From assembly GCA_965214245.1 (NCBI GenBank), contig CBDCBL010000005.1:28657-92656 (forward strand): a DNA stretch of 64,000 nt, read 5' to 3'. Below the pieces are notes generated by a model that saw only the letters and a program-made list of their open reading frames with translations, was not told where the DNA came from and made no database searches. Shown piece after piece: positions 32,444 through 42,941 of the stretch. The DNA is from Acidobacteriota bacterium (GTDB lineage: Bacteria; Acidobacteriota; UBA890). The position numbers and the translations under genes are program-made. How positions within the stretch are numbered: the stretch's first letter is position 1; every line of letters starts with the position of its first letter.

Positions 32444-34840
32444 GTGCTAGGATCCTGTTCTGGATCGCACCCGGCGGTTTCCCGGTCGGGTTCCTCTCCT
32501 CTCCTCTCCATCGTCAACTCGACTGTCGTGGTACGTCCGCTCACCACCTTGTTGCTCGTCTTCGCTGCGGCCGCTGTAGCCGTGCCGGGGGAGGCGTTTC
32601 CCCAGCAGGGACCGCTGCCGACAGCTCTTACGGCGCAGCGCCGGCAGCGCAACGTGAATGCAACGGCTGACAGCCAAACCGGAGCGGCGGCGCGAGGAGC
32701 CCGCACCGTGGCGGCGCTCACGATTGCCGGCGAGATCACACTCGACGGGCGGCTCGACGAGACCGTTTGGGGGCTGGCGGAAACCGCCACCGGCTTCACC
32801 CAGCGCGAGCCTCTTCAGGGCGAGCCAAGCACCGAGCGAACGCTGGTGTATTTCGTCTACACCGAACAAACGCTGTACATTGGTGTTCGCGCCCTCGACT
32901 CCGATCCGTCGGCGATCATCGCCACCGAGATGCAACGCGACGGAGACCAATCTTTCGGCGGCGGCCGCTTCGAAACCGACGATTCGGTCGCCATCCTGCT
33001 CGATACGTTTCACGATGGGCGCAATTCGTTCTATTTCGAGACGAATCCTTACGGAGCCCGCGCCGATGCCCTGATCACCGACGAGGGGCGCACCCGTAAC
33101 TACGAGTGGGACGGCGTGTGGGACGCGGCGGCAACGCGCACCGACGAAGGCTGGTCGGCCGAGCTGGCGATTCCGTTCAATACGCTGCGCTTCAACTCCT
33201 CCAGCGATACCTGGGGCCTCAACGTTCGGCGCCTGATCCGCCGCAAAACCGAGGAGGTCAACTGGGCGCCCATCATGCGTGATGCCGACATGTTCCGCGC
33301 TTCGCTGTTCGGCCGGCTCACCAACATGCGGGTCGACAGCCCGGAACGCAACCTACGCATCAAGCCGTTCGGCACCGCCGATGCTTCCGAGGGATTCGAC
33401 ACGCCGGTGGGCGAGGTCGGATACAAGGGCGACGTCGGCCTCGACGTGCGCTGGGGCGTTACCGACAGCCTCACGTTCGACCTAACCATCAACACCGATT
33501 TCGCCCAGGTGGAGGCCGACGAGCAACAGGTGAACCTGACTCGCTTCTCGCTGTTCTTTCCCGAAAAACGCGAGTTTTTCCTCGAGAACGCCGGCATCTT
33601 CGAGTTCGGCCCATCGGCCGACCGCCGCGGCGGCGGCTTTCGGCCTCCGTTGTTGAAGGTCTTTCACTCACGGCGCATCGGCATCGGCCCCGACGGATCG
33701 ACCACGCCTATTCTGGCCGGCGCCAAGCTCACCGGACGAGTCGGAGGCTGGAGCCTCGGTCTCCTCAATGTACAGTCCGACGAAGTGTTCCTCCCCGCCG
33801 ACCCCGACGATGTGGATGACGAAGACGAGCTGGTGCCATCAACCAACTGGACGGTGGCCCGGCTCAAGCGCAACCTCGGCCAGCGCTCCAACGTCGGCAT
33901 GATTTTTACCAATCGGCAGGCGAACGGCGACGATTACAACCGCGTGCTGGGCTTCGACGCCGACATCAACCCGAGCCAGAAGCTCAATTTCAACGGCTTT
34001 TTCACCGCCAGCGACAGCCCCGGCGACGATTCTGAAAACTGGGCCGCCGCTGTGGGCGCCGCTTGGCGGGGCCCGACTTGGCAATGGAGCGGTAGCGCGA
34101 CCGAGATTCGCAAAAATTATGACCCGGAGGCCGGGTTCCTGCTGCGCAGCGGCATCAGGCGCTTCGACCCACAGGTTTCGTTCCAGCCGCGGCCGGACAT
34201 CGGCTGGATACGCAATTTCCGGTTCCAGAGTCGAAACACGATCTTCATGCGCACCGACGGCACGCTCGAAACCTATGACGGCAATATGACCTACTTCGGG
34301 TTTACTACCCAGAGCGACGAATTCGTTTCGCTATCGATCAACCCGAAGCTCGAGCGCCTCTTCGAGCCCTTCGAAATTTTCGAAGGCGTGATCATCCCGC
34401 CGGGTGACTACACTTTCTACGATTGGGGAGCCTTCTTCAGGACCAACGACAGCCGGATGGTGTCGACGTTCTTGCGTTTCAACGCAGGCGAGTTTTTCGA
34501 CGGCAACAGGCTGCAGGGCAACATCACGATCACCCTGCGGCCAAGCGGTTACTTCACCAGTGAGACCGAGTGGATGTACAACGACGTCGACCTGCCGGGC
34601 GGCTCTTTCGAGACCAACCTCGTGCGCCAGCGCTTCAACATCTCGTTTTCCCCCAACTTGTTCCTGAACTCGTTCATTCAGTACTCCGACGCCGACGAAC
34701 TGGTGACGATGAACATCCGCTTCAACTGGATCTACCGGCCCGGCGCCGACCTGTTCATCGTCTACAATCAGAATCGGGTCAACAGGACGCTCGAGAACCG
34801 CGCCCTGATCCTGAAGTTCACGTATCTCTGGTCGTTATAG
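32444..34840 (+). CDS. DUF5916 / CBM9-like outer-membrane protein
   Basis: ITLDGRLDE..W, LDTFHD, NTDFAQVEAD..QVNLTRFSLFFPEKREFFLE, C-terminal LKFTYLWSL; true start probably ~32528. Confidence 0.8.
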   Translation: MLGSCSGSHPAVSRSGSSPLLSIVNSTVVVRPLTTLLLVFAAAAVAVPGEAFPQQGPLPTALTAQRRQRNVNATADSQTGAAARGARTVAALTIAGEITLDGRLDETVWGLAETATGFTQREPLQGEPSTERTLVYFVYTEQTLYIGVRALDSDPSAIIATEMQRDGDQSFGGGRFETDDSVAILLDTFHDGRNSFYFETNPYGARADALITDEGRTRNYEWDGVWDAAATRTDEGWSAELAIPFNTLRFNSSSDTWGLNVRRLIRRKTEEVNWAPIMRDADMFRASLFGRLTNMRVDSPERNLRIKPFGTADASEGFDTPVGEVGYKGDVGLDVRWGVTDSLTFDLTINTDFAQVEADEQQVNLTRFSLFFPEKREFFLENAGIFEFGPSADRRGGGFRPPLLKVFHSRRIGIGPDGSTTPILAGAKLTGRVGGWSLGLLNVQSDEVFLPADPDDVDDEDELVPSTNWTVARLKRNLGQRSNVGMIFTNRQANGDDYNRVLGFDADINPSQKLNFNGFFTASDSPGDDSENWAAAVGAAWRGPTWQWSGSATEIRKNYDPEAGFLLRSGIRRFDPQVSFQPRPDIGWIRNFRFQSRNTIFMRTDGTLETYDGNMTYFGFTTQSDEFVSLSINPKLERLFEPFEIFEGVIIPPGDYTFYDWGAFFRTNDSRMVSTFLRFNAGEFFDGNRLQGNITITLRPSGYFTSETEWMYNDVDLPGGSFETNLVRQRFNISFSPNLFLNSFIQYSDADELVTMNIRFNWIYRPGADLFIVYNQNRVNRTLENRALILKFTYLWSL

Positions 34841-34943
34841 TCGTTACAATGGTGCAGGGTCTCTCCTCAGCTGCCCTTCACAGTTCAAAGATCCGCCGAT
34901 AGTGTCCCGCTGAAGTGGCGGACGCTCCCCTGAGGAGAGGACG

Positions 34944-37376
34944 ATGAGCGACCTGCAGCAGGATCTGAAACTGGCGTTGCGCTCGCTGCGCCGCAGCCCG
35001 CTGTTCACGACGGTGGCGCTTCTCACGCTGGCGCTCGGCATCGGCGCTAACACCGCGGTTTTTACGGTGGTCAACGGCGTCGCGCTGCGTCCCCTGCCCT
35101 ACGAGAATCCCGAACGGCTGGTCTCGATCTGGACGCAGCAAACCGAGGGCGACGAAACTGACTCGTTCTCTCTGCCCGACTACTTGGACCTCGCAGAGCA
35201 AGCCTCGACACTGGCTTCCGCCGGCTTCTGGACCTGGTGGACCATGGACATCACCGACGGCGATGAACCGCTCAGCGTGCCGAGCGTCAGGGTATCGGCC
35301 AACATGCTCGACATTCTCGGCGTCGAGCCCGCCGAGGGTCGATTGTTCCGCCCCGAGGAAGCCGAGCCCGGCAACGATCACGTAGCGCTGGTGAGCCACG
35401 GCCTGTGGCAGGGCCACTACGGCAGTGATCCGAATCTGGTCGGCAGTCTGATCGAGATCGACCGCGAACCGCATACCGTGGTCGGCATCATGCCCGAAGG
35501 ATTTCGTTTCCCGTACGTCGACCAATACGGCACCGGGTTTTAGACGCCGATCTCGTTGAATCCGGCGGAGGAAAGTCGCTTCTCGCGATGGATCAACGTC
35601 GTGGCCCGGCTCGAAGACGAAGCGTCCATCGAACAAGCGGGCGTCGAGCTCGATATCATTGCGGCGCGGCTCGCCCAGGAGTACGCCGAGTCCAACGCCG
35701 GTTGGACGATGCGGCTGAGCACGCTGTACGACGCCGCGGTCGACGACGACACGGAGACAGCTTTGTGGGTGCTGTACGCCGTGGTGGCGTTCGTGCTGCT
35801 GATCGCCTGTGCCAACCTCGCCAACCTGTTGCTGGCGCGGATGGAAACACGGCAGCACGAGATCGCCGTTCGCGCCGCCCTCGGCGCCGGCCGGACCCGG
35901 CTGCTGCGTGAGCTCTTGACCGAGGCGGAGCTGCTGGCCATCGGCGGCGGCGCTCTCGGCCTGGTGACGGCTATGTGGGGCATGAACGTGTTCCTGGCGC
36001 TCATTCCTGCGGATCTTCCGCGCCTCGACGAGATCGCCTTCGACGCTCGTGTGCTCGGGTTCGGCATCGCCGTGTCGCTGGTTACCGGGGTTCTCTTCGG
36101 CCTGCTTCCCGCGGTCCACGCCTCACGCAGCGACTTGCAGGACACACTGAAGGCTTCCTCGGCTCGCGCCGGCGGTGCACGGCAGCGGTTTCGCGCCGTT
36201 CTCGTGGTTGCCGAGATCGCCATTGCCCTGGTGCTGCTCGTGGGAGCGGGTTTGCTGCTGCGCAGCTTCAACATGCTGCTGAGCGAGAACATGGGATTCG
36301 ACCCGCAGCGAGTGTTGACGTTTCAGCTGTCGCCCAACTCGGCGTACCCGGATGCGGCCGGCCGCCACGGCTTCTTCCGCGACGTCTCGCAGGGCCTCAC
36401 ATCGCTGCCCGGTGTCGAGGTCGCGGGCGCCAACACGGCGCCGCCGCTCAGCGGCGTCGACTGGACATCGACGTTCGCGATTGAAGGCACTCCACCTGTT
36501 GCAACCGGCCAGGAGCCTTCGGCGCAGTTCAACGTCGTTACCCCCGACTATTTTCGAGTCCTCGCCATTCCGGTTCTGCAGGGCCGCGTGTTCACCGAGG
36601 ACGACGACGGGCAACGGCCGCAAGTAGTGGTGATCAACGAGGCGTTCGCCAACCGCTACTGGCCTGATGAGACGCCCATCGGTCGCTCCATCGTGATCGG
36701 CGAGCGGCTGGGCGGCAACGATTCCTCAGAGAGCCCGGCATCCGAAGTGGTGGGCGTCGTCGGTAACACGCGCAAGCTCGGCATCGACCGGCAGCCACCA
36801 CCCGCGTTTTACGTGCCCTACGGCCAGTCCGTGCCCTACTTCATGAACTTCGTCGTGCGCACCGAAGGCAACCCGACCCTCGTGGTAGATGCGGTGCGCA
36901 CGTGGATATGGGAGGTCAACGACGGCGTAGCCATCGAGGACGCGGGCACGATGGCGGGGCTCATGGACACGTCGATTGCCCAGCCCCGCTTCAACATGAT
37001 TCTGGTGGGCGTGTTCGCCGGCCTGGCTCTGGTACTCGCAACTCTCGGAATCTATGGAGTCGTCGCCTACTCCGCCGCCGAGAGAACCCGAGAGATCGGC
37101 CTCCGCATGGCGCTCGGCGCCGAGGCCCAAGACGTGTTCCGCCTGATCCTCGGCCAAGGCCTAGTCATGACCGGTATCGGCCTCGCCGTCGGCTTGGTAA
37201 CAGCCGTCGCGGCGAGTCGATTGCTGTCCGGTCTGGTCTACGGCGTGGCCACCACGGATCCCGCAACATACGTAGTCGTCGCCCTGGCGTTGGCAACCAC
37301 CGCATTGATCGCCGTGTGGATCCCAGCCCGCCGCGCCACCCGCGTCGACCCAGTCGTCGCCTTACGCCAAGATTGA
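34944..37376 (+). pseudogene. ADOP/MacB-like duplicated ABC permease with an in-frame TAG at 35541
   Basis: ORFs 34944-35543 and 35556-37376 share one frame; TLALGIGANTA, LLIACANLANLLLAR, RTREIGLRMALGA, RRATRVDP. Confidence 0.85.
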
Positions 37377-37455
37377 CGCGGCCGCGGCCATGAACGCCGC
37401 AGTGATGTCCTTGCCCCGGGCGAGGCCTGTGTAGCTCAACCATCCATAAGGAGGT

Positions 37456-38084
37456 GTGGAAATGAGAATCTCAAGCAGGTGCGCACTCGTCATCGCCTGG
37501 GTCATCGTCGTTCCGGCAATCGTGGGCGCACAGACTCAAGCCGTCGTCTCTGCGGAGACGTTCGAGGAGTGGATGTCTGAGCTTTCGAATTGGGGAAGAT
37601 GGGGCGACGACGACCAACTCGGCACAGTCAATCTGATAACCCTGGAGAAGCGGGTAGAGGCAGCTCGCTTGGTGGTGAGCGGAATCTCGATCTCGCTCGC
37701 CCGGGACCTGGAGAAAGAAGAAGGGCTCCACAACCCGTCCCCCTTCAGGCACGAAATGGACTTTACAGGCCGCAAACCTTCGGGCGGGGAATACGCCATG
37801 GCCTGCACGCCTCTTCGGTGAAGTGGCTGAGAGACCGTGACGTGGCGGTTGTCGGATCGGATGCCGGATCCGATGTTTTGCCGTCGGGTGTCGACGGACA
37901 AGTCGGCCCCGTCCACAAGTTGCTGATCGTCGCCATGGGCACACCCATATTCGACGATCTCGACCTCGAAGAACTGAGCCGAGAAGCACAGCGGCAGGTC
38001 CGTTGGGAATTCTTGTTCACCGCAGCACCGCTGCGTGTGCAAGGAGGCACCGGCTCCCCACTCAATCCAATCGCCATCTTCTGA
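37456..38084 (+). pseudogene. Cyclase (kynurenine formamidase-like) family protein with internal deletion and frameshift
   Basis: SNWGRWGDDDQLGTVNL in one frame; GLHAS...WEFLFTAAPLRVQGGTGSPLNPIAIF in another; junction ~37800 lacks the central HxxTHxD segment. Confidence 0.8.
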
Positions 38085-38121
38085 AGCAAGAAGAGAGCGG
38101 GGCAGCGAGGCGCCGAACATC

Positions 38122-38301
38122 CCGGGTGGCGCGTAAAGGATGTGGATGCAAGGCGAACTCTACCGGACAGCGGTGTCGCTACACCTACGCGCAACGCGGG
38201 CAGCGAGGCGCCGAGAGGTCGGGGGCGGGTGGAGGGAATCGAAAAAATCGGAGGCCGATCAAGCGCAACGCCGCAGACGCATTCTTTAACGCGCCCCCCG
38301 G
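38122..38301. mobile_element. MITE-like element with imperfect terminal inverted repeats
   Basis: Left end CCGGGTGGCGCGTAAAGGATG vs reverse complement of right end CCGGGGGGCGCGTTAAAGAATG. Confidence 0.55.
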
Positions 38302-38306
38302 CCCGG

Positions 38307-39698
38307 TTAGTTGAGTTTTTGGCGCAGCCCGTATCGCTTGATCATCTCGTTCAACGTCGTCGGCTTCACGTCGAGCAGCTTGGCGGCTTCCTTTTGGACC
38401 CAGGAGGTCTTGCGCAACGCGTCGACGATGAGCTGCTTTTGGAACTCCTGTACGACGTCCTTCATCGGCAGCCCTTCAGGCGGCACCGTCATGGACGGCG
38501 CCGCCGCGTCGAATCCCTCGGGCTCGATGTAATCGCGGATCAGGTCGACGCCTACGTCGCCGCTGGGCGGCGCCAGGACGACGGCACGCTCGATGGCGTT
38601 CTCGAGCTCACGTACGTTGCCCGGCCAGTCGTGCGCCTTTAACAGCTCGAGCGCCTCGTCGCTGATCTGGAGGTCTTCGCGGCTGTTCTCGCGCCCATAC
38701 TTGTCGAGGAAATGCTGGGCCAGCAAGGGGATGTCGTCGGCCTTCTCCCGCAGCGGCGGCAGTGTGATCGTGATCACGTCGATACGGTAGTAGAGGTCCT
38801 CGCGGAAAGTCCCTTCGGCGACCTGCTTCTTCAGGTCGGCATTGGTGGCGGCGATGATGCGCACGTCCACCTTGACGTTTTCAACCGATCCGAGGCGCAT
38901 GAACTCCCTCTCCTGGATCACGCGCAACAGCTTTGCCTGCACGTCGAGGCCGATGTTGCCGATCTCGTCGAAGAAAATCGAGCCGCCATCGGCCACCTCG
39001 AAAAGACCCTTCTTGCCGGCAACCGCGCCCGTGAAGGCGCCCTTCACGTGCCCAAACAGGTTGCTTTCCAGGAGATCCGACGGCATCGACCCCGAGTTCA
39101 CCACCACGAACGGCTTGTCCGAGCGCGGGCTGTTGGCGTGAATCGCCTTGGCGATGAGCTCCTTACCAGTGCCGCTCTCGCCGGCGATCAAGATCGTCGA
39201 GCGCGACGGCGCTGTCTGTTCGACGAGCGCGTAGACCTCCTGCATGCGCCAGTTCTTGCCGACGATGTTCTCGAACCGGTACTTGTCCTTGAGCGCCTTG
39301 CGCAGGCTTTTGACCTCTTCTTCGAGCTGCCGCGTGCGAATCGCATTCTGTAGGACGACGAGGACCTCGTCGTTCTTGAACGGCTTGGTGATGTACTCGT
39401 AGGCGCCTTGTTTCATCGCCTCGACCGCCGATTCCACCGACGCGAAGGCGGTCACCATCACCACCGGCAGACCGACGTCGATTTGGCGCAGTTGCTGCAT
39501 CGTCTCGATGCCGTCGATGCCGGGCATCATCAGGTCGACGATGGCGCAGTCGTAGAAGCGCTGGCGCGCGAATTCGGTGCCCTCCTCGCCGGAGCCCGCC
39601 ACGTCGACGGCGTAGCCTTCGTCGCGCAGGAAATCCCCGAGAATCTCCTGCATGATGACCTCGTCATCGATGACGAGAATAGACGCGAGCTCTGACAT
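38307..39698 (-). CDS. Sigma54-dependent response regulator (NtrC/AtoC family)
   Basis: Receiver domain (VIDDE, DLMMPG), GESGTGKE, GAFTGA, WPGNVRELEN, C-terminal HTH. Confidence 0.95.
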   Translation of the reverse strand: MSELASILVIDDEVIMQEILGDFLRDEGYAVDVAGSGEEGTEFARQRFYDCAIVDLMMPGIDGIETMQQLRQIDVGLPVVMVTAFASVESAVEAMKQGAYEYITKPFKNDEVLVVLQNAIRTRQLEEEVKSLRKALKDKYRFENIVGKNWRMQEVYALVEQTAPSRSTILIAGESGTGKELIAKAIHANSPRSDKPFVVVNSGSMPSDLLESNLFGHVKGAFTGAVAGKKGLFEVADGGSIFFDEIGNIGLDVQAKLLRVIQEREFMRLGSVENVKVDVRIIAATNADLKKQVAEGTFREDLYYRIDVITITLPPLREKADDIPLLAQHFLDKYGRENSREDLQISDEALELLKAHDWPGNVRELENAIERAVVLAPPSGDVGVDLIRDYIEPEGFDAAAPSMTVPPEGLPMKDVVQEFQKQLIVDALRKTSWVQKEAAKLLDVKPTTLNEMIKRYGLRQKLN

Positions 39699-39714
39699 CG
39701 CCTTCTTTAACCGC

Positions 39715-42630
39715 TCAACTGGCGCGTGGCGCCTGCTCTGCGGCAGCAACAGGCAGGGCTACCCGGAAGCAAGTGCCGCTGCCCGACTCACTTCGAACCG
39801 TGATCGTGCCGCGGTGCTCCTGGATGATGCCGTAGGTTACCGACAAGCCGAGCCCGGTTCCCCTGCCGGTTCCCTTGGTGGTGAAGAACGGGTCGTAGAT
39901 CTTGTGGATCTGGTCCTTCGGAATCCCCGCGCCCGTGTCGGCGACCTCCAGAACGATCTCGCCGTTTTGTCTTGCCGTACGGATATTCAAGTTTCCGCCA
40001 CTCGGCATGGAGTCGCGGGCGTTCAGCACCAGGTTCATCAGAACCTGCTGCAACTTGCCCGGATCTCCCCACGCCTGCGGTAGGGTCTCGTCGAGAACCG
40101 TCTCAACCCGAACCTTGCGTTTCGAGAGCGGCAGCTCGGCGAGGGTCAGCGTCTCGTTGACCACCGCGTTGATGTCGACGGGCTGCATCTCCGACGCCTG
40201 TTGACGCGAGAAGTTCAGCAAGTTGTTGACGATGCTCGAGGCGCGGAACGTCTGTTTCTCGATCTTCTCGAGGATCGGCCGCCGCGGATCGCTCTCCGGC
40301 AACTTGCGCTGCAACATCTGGACGTAGCTGGAAATACCGGCCAGCGGCGTGTTGACCTCGTGCGCCACACCCGCGGCCAGCAAACCAATCGAGGCCAGGC
40401 GATCTGACTGGCGAAGCTGCGACTCCAATTCCGTGGCGTCGGTAGCGTCGTCGACAATGACGACGGTGGCGAACTGCCCCCTATCACCGCGCAAAGGTGC
40501 GGCTGTCATGTTGACGACACGGTCGACGCCGTCGCGGCTGCGCAACCCCACACGATACGCCGATGCAATCGGCTCCCCGGCCTCCTCCACCCGCTCACGT
40601 GCCTGTTCGAGCGCCGACACGAAGCTCGAAGGGAACAGCTCGTCGACGTGACGGCGTATCGCCTCGTTCGCCTTGACTCCGTTGATGTCCTCGAGCGAAT
40701 GGTTCCACGAGCGCACCCGGCCCTCGGGATCGAGCACCATCACCCCCACCTTGATGCTCTGCACGATGTTCTCGTTGAAGGTCTTGAGACGCTCGAGCTC
40801 CTCGGCCCGGGCGTGCGCCTGCCGGTACAGGAGAGCGTTGTCCAAAGCCAGCGCGGCGTGCGACGTCAGCATCTGCAGGACCTTCAGATCTTCCGACGAC
40901 AGATAGTCTCCCGAGAGCGTGCGACCCAGCGCCAGCAGCCCCAGCACCTCTCCCTTGACGATCAGCGGCAGAAAATATGCCAGGTCCTCTTCGGCCAGGA
41001 GCTCACGGTCCTGGGGAAACTCCTCGAGGAGGCTCGACATGTCCTCGACGTAAATGAAATCGCGGTTCGTGAGCGCGGCCGACAGGAACTCGGAAAACGA
41101 AGACGACAGGCGCGGCCCATCGCCGAACGTGCTGTCCGCCGTCACCAGCCGCAGACGCGGGCCGTCTTCCTCACGCAGCAAGACGCCGATGCGCCCCACG
41201 ACCACCATCCTGCGTACTCGCTGGACGAGCAATTCAACGACCTGTCCGAGATCGAGCTCGGTGTTGAGGTCGCGGGCGAAGTCGAGGATGCCGCGACGAG
41301 AGCGGTAGCGCTCTCGGTAGTAGATCTTGTCGAGACCGTCTTGGATCAAGTCACGTAACGGCGCGAAGGCAGTCGCCACGATCAAGGTGGCGATGAAGGC
41401 GCCGGCCCGCGCCAGCTGCAGATCGATGCCGGCCAGCAAGGTGCGGATGGCCCATTCGAAACCGACGTACGCGCCGAGCACGGCGAGCGCCGCCATCGAG
41501 TAGGCAAGAGCGCGCTTGAGAATCACTTCGACGTCCCACAGCCGGAAGCCGACGGCCGCGTAACCGAAGCAGCCCGGTATCAACGCAAACGGCAACACCG
41601 TCAAATCGAGATACGGATGCGTGACACCGAACACATAAAGCGGCACGTAGACGGCAACGAACGGAAACAGCCCGACAGCCATGCCGCCGACCAACCAGGT
41701 CAGGCGCCGGCGCTCGATCGGCGCGACGGTGATCTTGTAGCTGTGCGCGATCAGCAGAGCACCCAGCCCCAGCGCCGCAGCGATGTACAACAGATCGAGG
41801 CGGTTGAGAAAATCAACAGTGGCGTAGAACGTCGCCGGAGAGGGCCGCAGGGCCTCTCCGCCGAAGATCAAAGTGCCGTACGAGATGCTGTACGACAGAA
41901 ACAGCAGCACTCCGGGCCCGAAGATGCCCGTCAACCAGGCGCCGTGATGCTCGACGAAGTGCGTCTTGGGCCGCGGAAACGTCAGCGCGAAGTACAGGAA
42001 GAGTCCGGGCAATGCATTGCGCGCCAGCTGGTCAACCCAATAGATCGTGTTGTTGAAGGGATCTCCATCGCGGGTTACCGAAAGCACGAGCACGGCGTAG
42101 AAGGCCGCCGCGAGCCAGAAGAAGCGCGCCGCCACGCCGGCAAGCTGACCGGCGGCGCCGGCCTCGACCTCACGGCGACGCATCAGCACGAATACGCCGG
42201 TAATCAACGAGGCAGCGCCGACGAGGCACAAGTAGAAGTAGGCGTAGTTGTCGACCGGCAGGCCGCCGACCTCGATGGGAATCTCGAACTGCTGCCCGCC
42301 ACGGTCGATCAAGTAGGTGAGCTGGTTGCCGGGGATCTGGTTCCACAGGACGCTCTCGACGAAGTCCGGAACTTCTACTTGGACCGGCAGGTTGCCGATT
42401 TCCAACAGCTCGTCGCCAACCACGAGGCCGGCGCGCTCACCCGGGCCGCGCGGCACCAACGACTCGGCGATGAGCCGTAGCTCGCTCGGCAGCCACACCA
42501 CACCGTCAGTCGACTCCTCGAAGGTCAAGCGGTTGACGAAGCTGACGACACCCAGAAACACCAGGACGCCGGTGAGCGCCACCAGGGCGACCAACCTGAG
42601 CGTGTCGATTCGTTGTTCTTTTGCCGTCAT
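39715..42630 (-). CDS. Membrane sensor histidine kinase (PDZ-like, multi-TM, GAF, PAS, HisKA, HATPase)
   Basis: GPGERAGLVVGDELL, many TM segments, AAGVAHEVNTPL, DPFFTTK, GTGLGL. Confidence 0.92.
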   Translation of the reverse strand: MTAKEQRIDTLRLVALVALTGVLVFLGVVSFVNRLTFEESTDGVVWLPSELRLIAESLVPRGPGERAGLVVGDELLEIGNLPVQVEVPDFVESVLWNQIPGNQLTYLIDRGGQQFEIPIEVGGLPVDNYAYFYLCLVGAASLITGVFVLMRRREVEAGAAGQLAGVAARFFWLAAAFYAVLVLSVTRDGDPFNNTIYWVDQLARNALPGLFLYFALTFPRPKTHFVEHHGAWLTGIFGPGVLLFLSYSISYGTLIFGGEALRPSPATFYATVDFLNRLDLLYIAAALGLGALLIAHSYKITVAPIERRRLTWLVGGMAVGLFPFVAVYVPLYVFGVTHPYLDLTVLPFALIPGCFGYAAVGFRLWDVEVILKRALAYSMAALAVLGAYVGFEWAIRTLLAGIDLQLARAGAFIATLIVATAFAPLRDLIQDGLDKIYYRERYRSRRGILDFARDLNTELDLGQVVELLVQRVRRMVVVGRIGVLLREEDGPRLRLVTADSTFGDGPRLSSSFSEFLSAALTNRDFIYVEDMSSLLEEFPQDRELLAEEDLAYFLPLIVKGEVLGLLALGRTLSGDYLSSEDLKVLQMLTSHAALALDNALLYRQAHARAEELERLKTFNENIVQSIKVGVMVLDPEGRVRSWNHSLEDINGVKANEAIRRHVDELFPSSFVSALEQARERVEEAGEPIASAYRVGLRSRDGVDRVVNMTAAPLRGDRGQFATVVIVDDATDATELESQLRQSDRLASIGLLAAGVAHEVNTPLAGISSYVQMLQRKLPESDPRRPILEKIEKQTFRASSIVNNLLNFSRQQASEMQPVDINAVVNETLTLAELPLSKRKVRVETVLDETLPQAWGDPGKLQQVLMNLVLNARDSMPSGGNLNIRTARQNGEIVLEVADTGAGIPKDQIHKIYDPFFTTKGTGRGTGLGLSVTYGIIQEHRGTITVRSESGSGTCFRVALPVAAAEQAPRAS

Positions 42631-42709
42631 CTGGATTGCGCGCCGATCAAGCGTGTTCTTCCGCTACATTCCCCTGTCGGTAACCAATGATGTCCGCACT
42701 CTTAACAAT

Positions 42710-42725
42710 AGCAAACCGCGTACCA
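42710..42725 (-). promoter_or_regulatory. Sigma54 (-24/-12) promoter for the kinase-regulator operon
   Basis: Minus strand TGGTACGCGGTTTGCT = GG-N10-GC, ~80 bp upstream of the kinase ATG. Confidence 0.7.
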
Positions 42726-42817
42726 CCGCAGAAAGCGTCCTGGGTTTCCTTACATTTTCTTTGTTCAACACGTTTAGGAAATTCAGCTCAGCTCTTCATG
42801 TGGATCCGGAAACGTGG

Positions 42818-42851
42818 ATCCAAAAATTTAGTCGCGATAATCCAAAAATTT
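42818..42851. promoter_or_regulatory. Putative enhancer (UAS) direct repeats
   Basis: ATCCAAAAATTT at 42818 and 42840 (22-bp spacing) in an AT-rich stretch ~95-125 bp upstream of the -24 box. Confidence 0.5.
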
Positions 42852-42941
42852 GGGCAACACCTCGGCGCGAGGACTTCCCGTAATGCGCAAGCAAAGCTCC
42901 GACTGAACACAGGGGAACGCGAAGAGCGAGATGCCCTACGC

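Noticed and set aside
35541-35543. Pyrrolysine or genome-wide TAG recoding
   Set aside because: The position corresponds to a family Trp, TAG terminates many genes here, and no pyl genes are seen.
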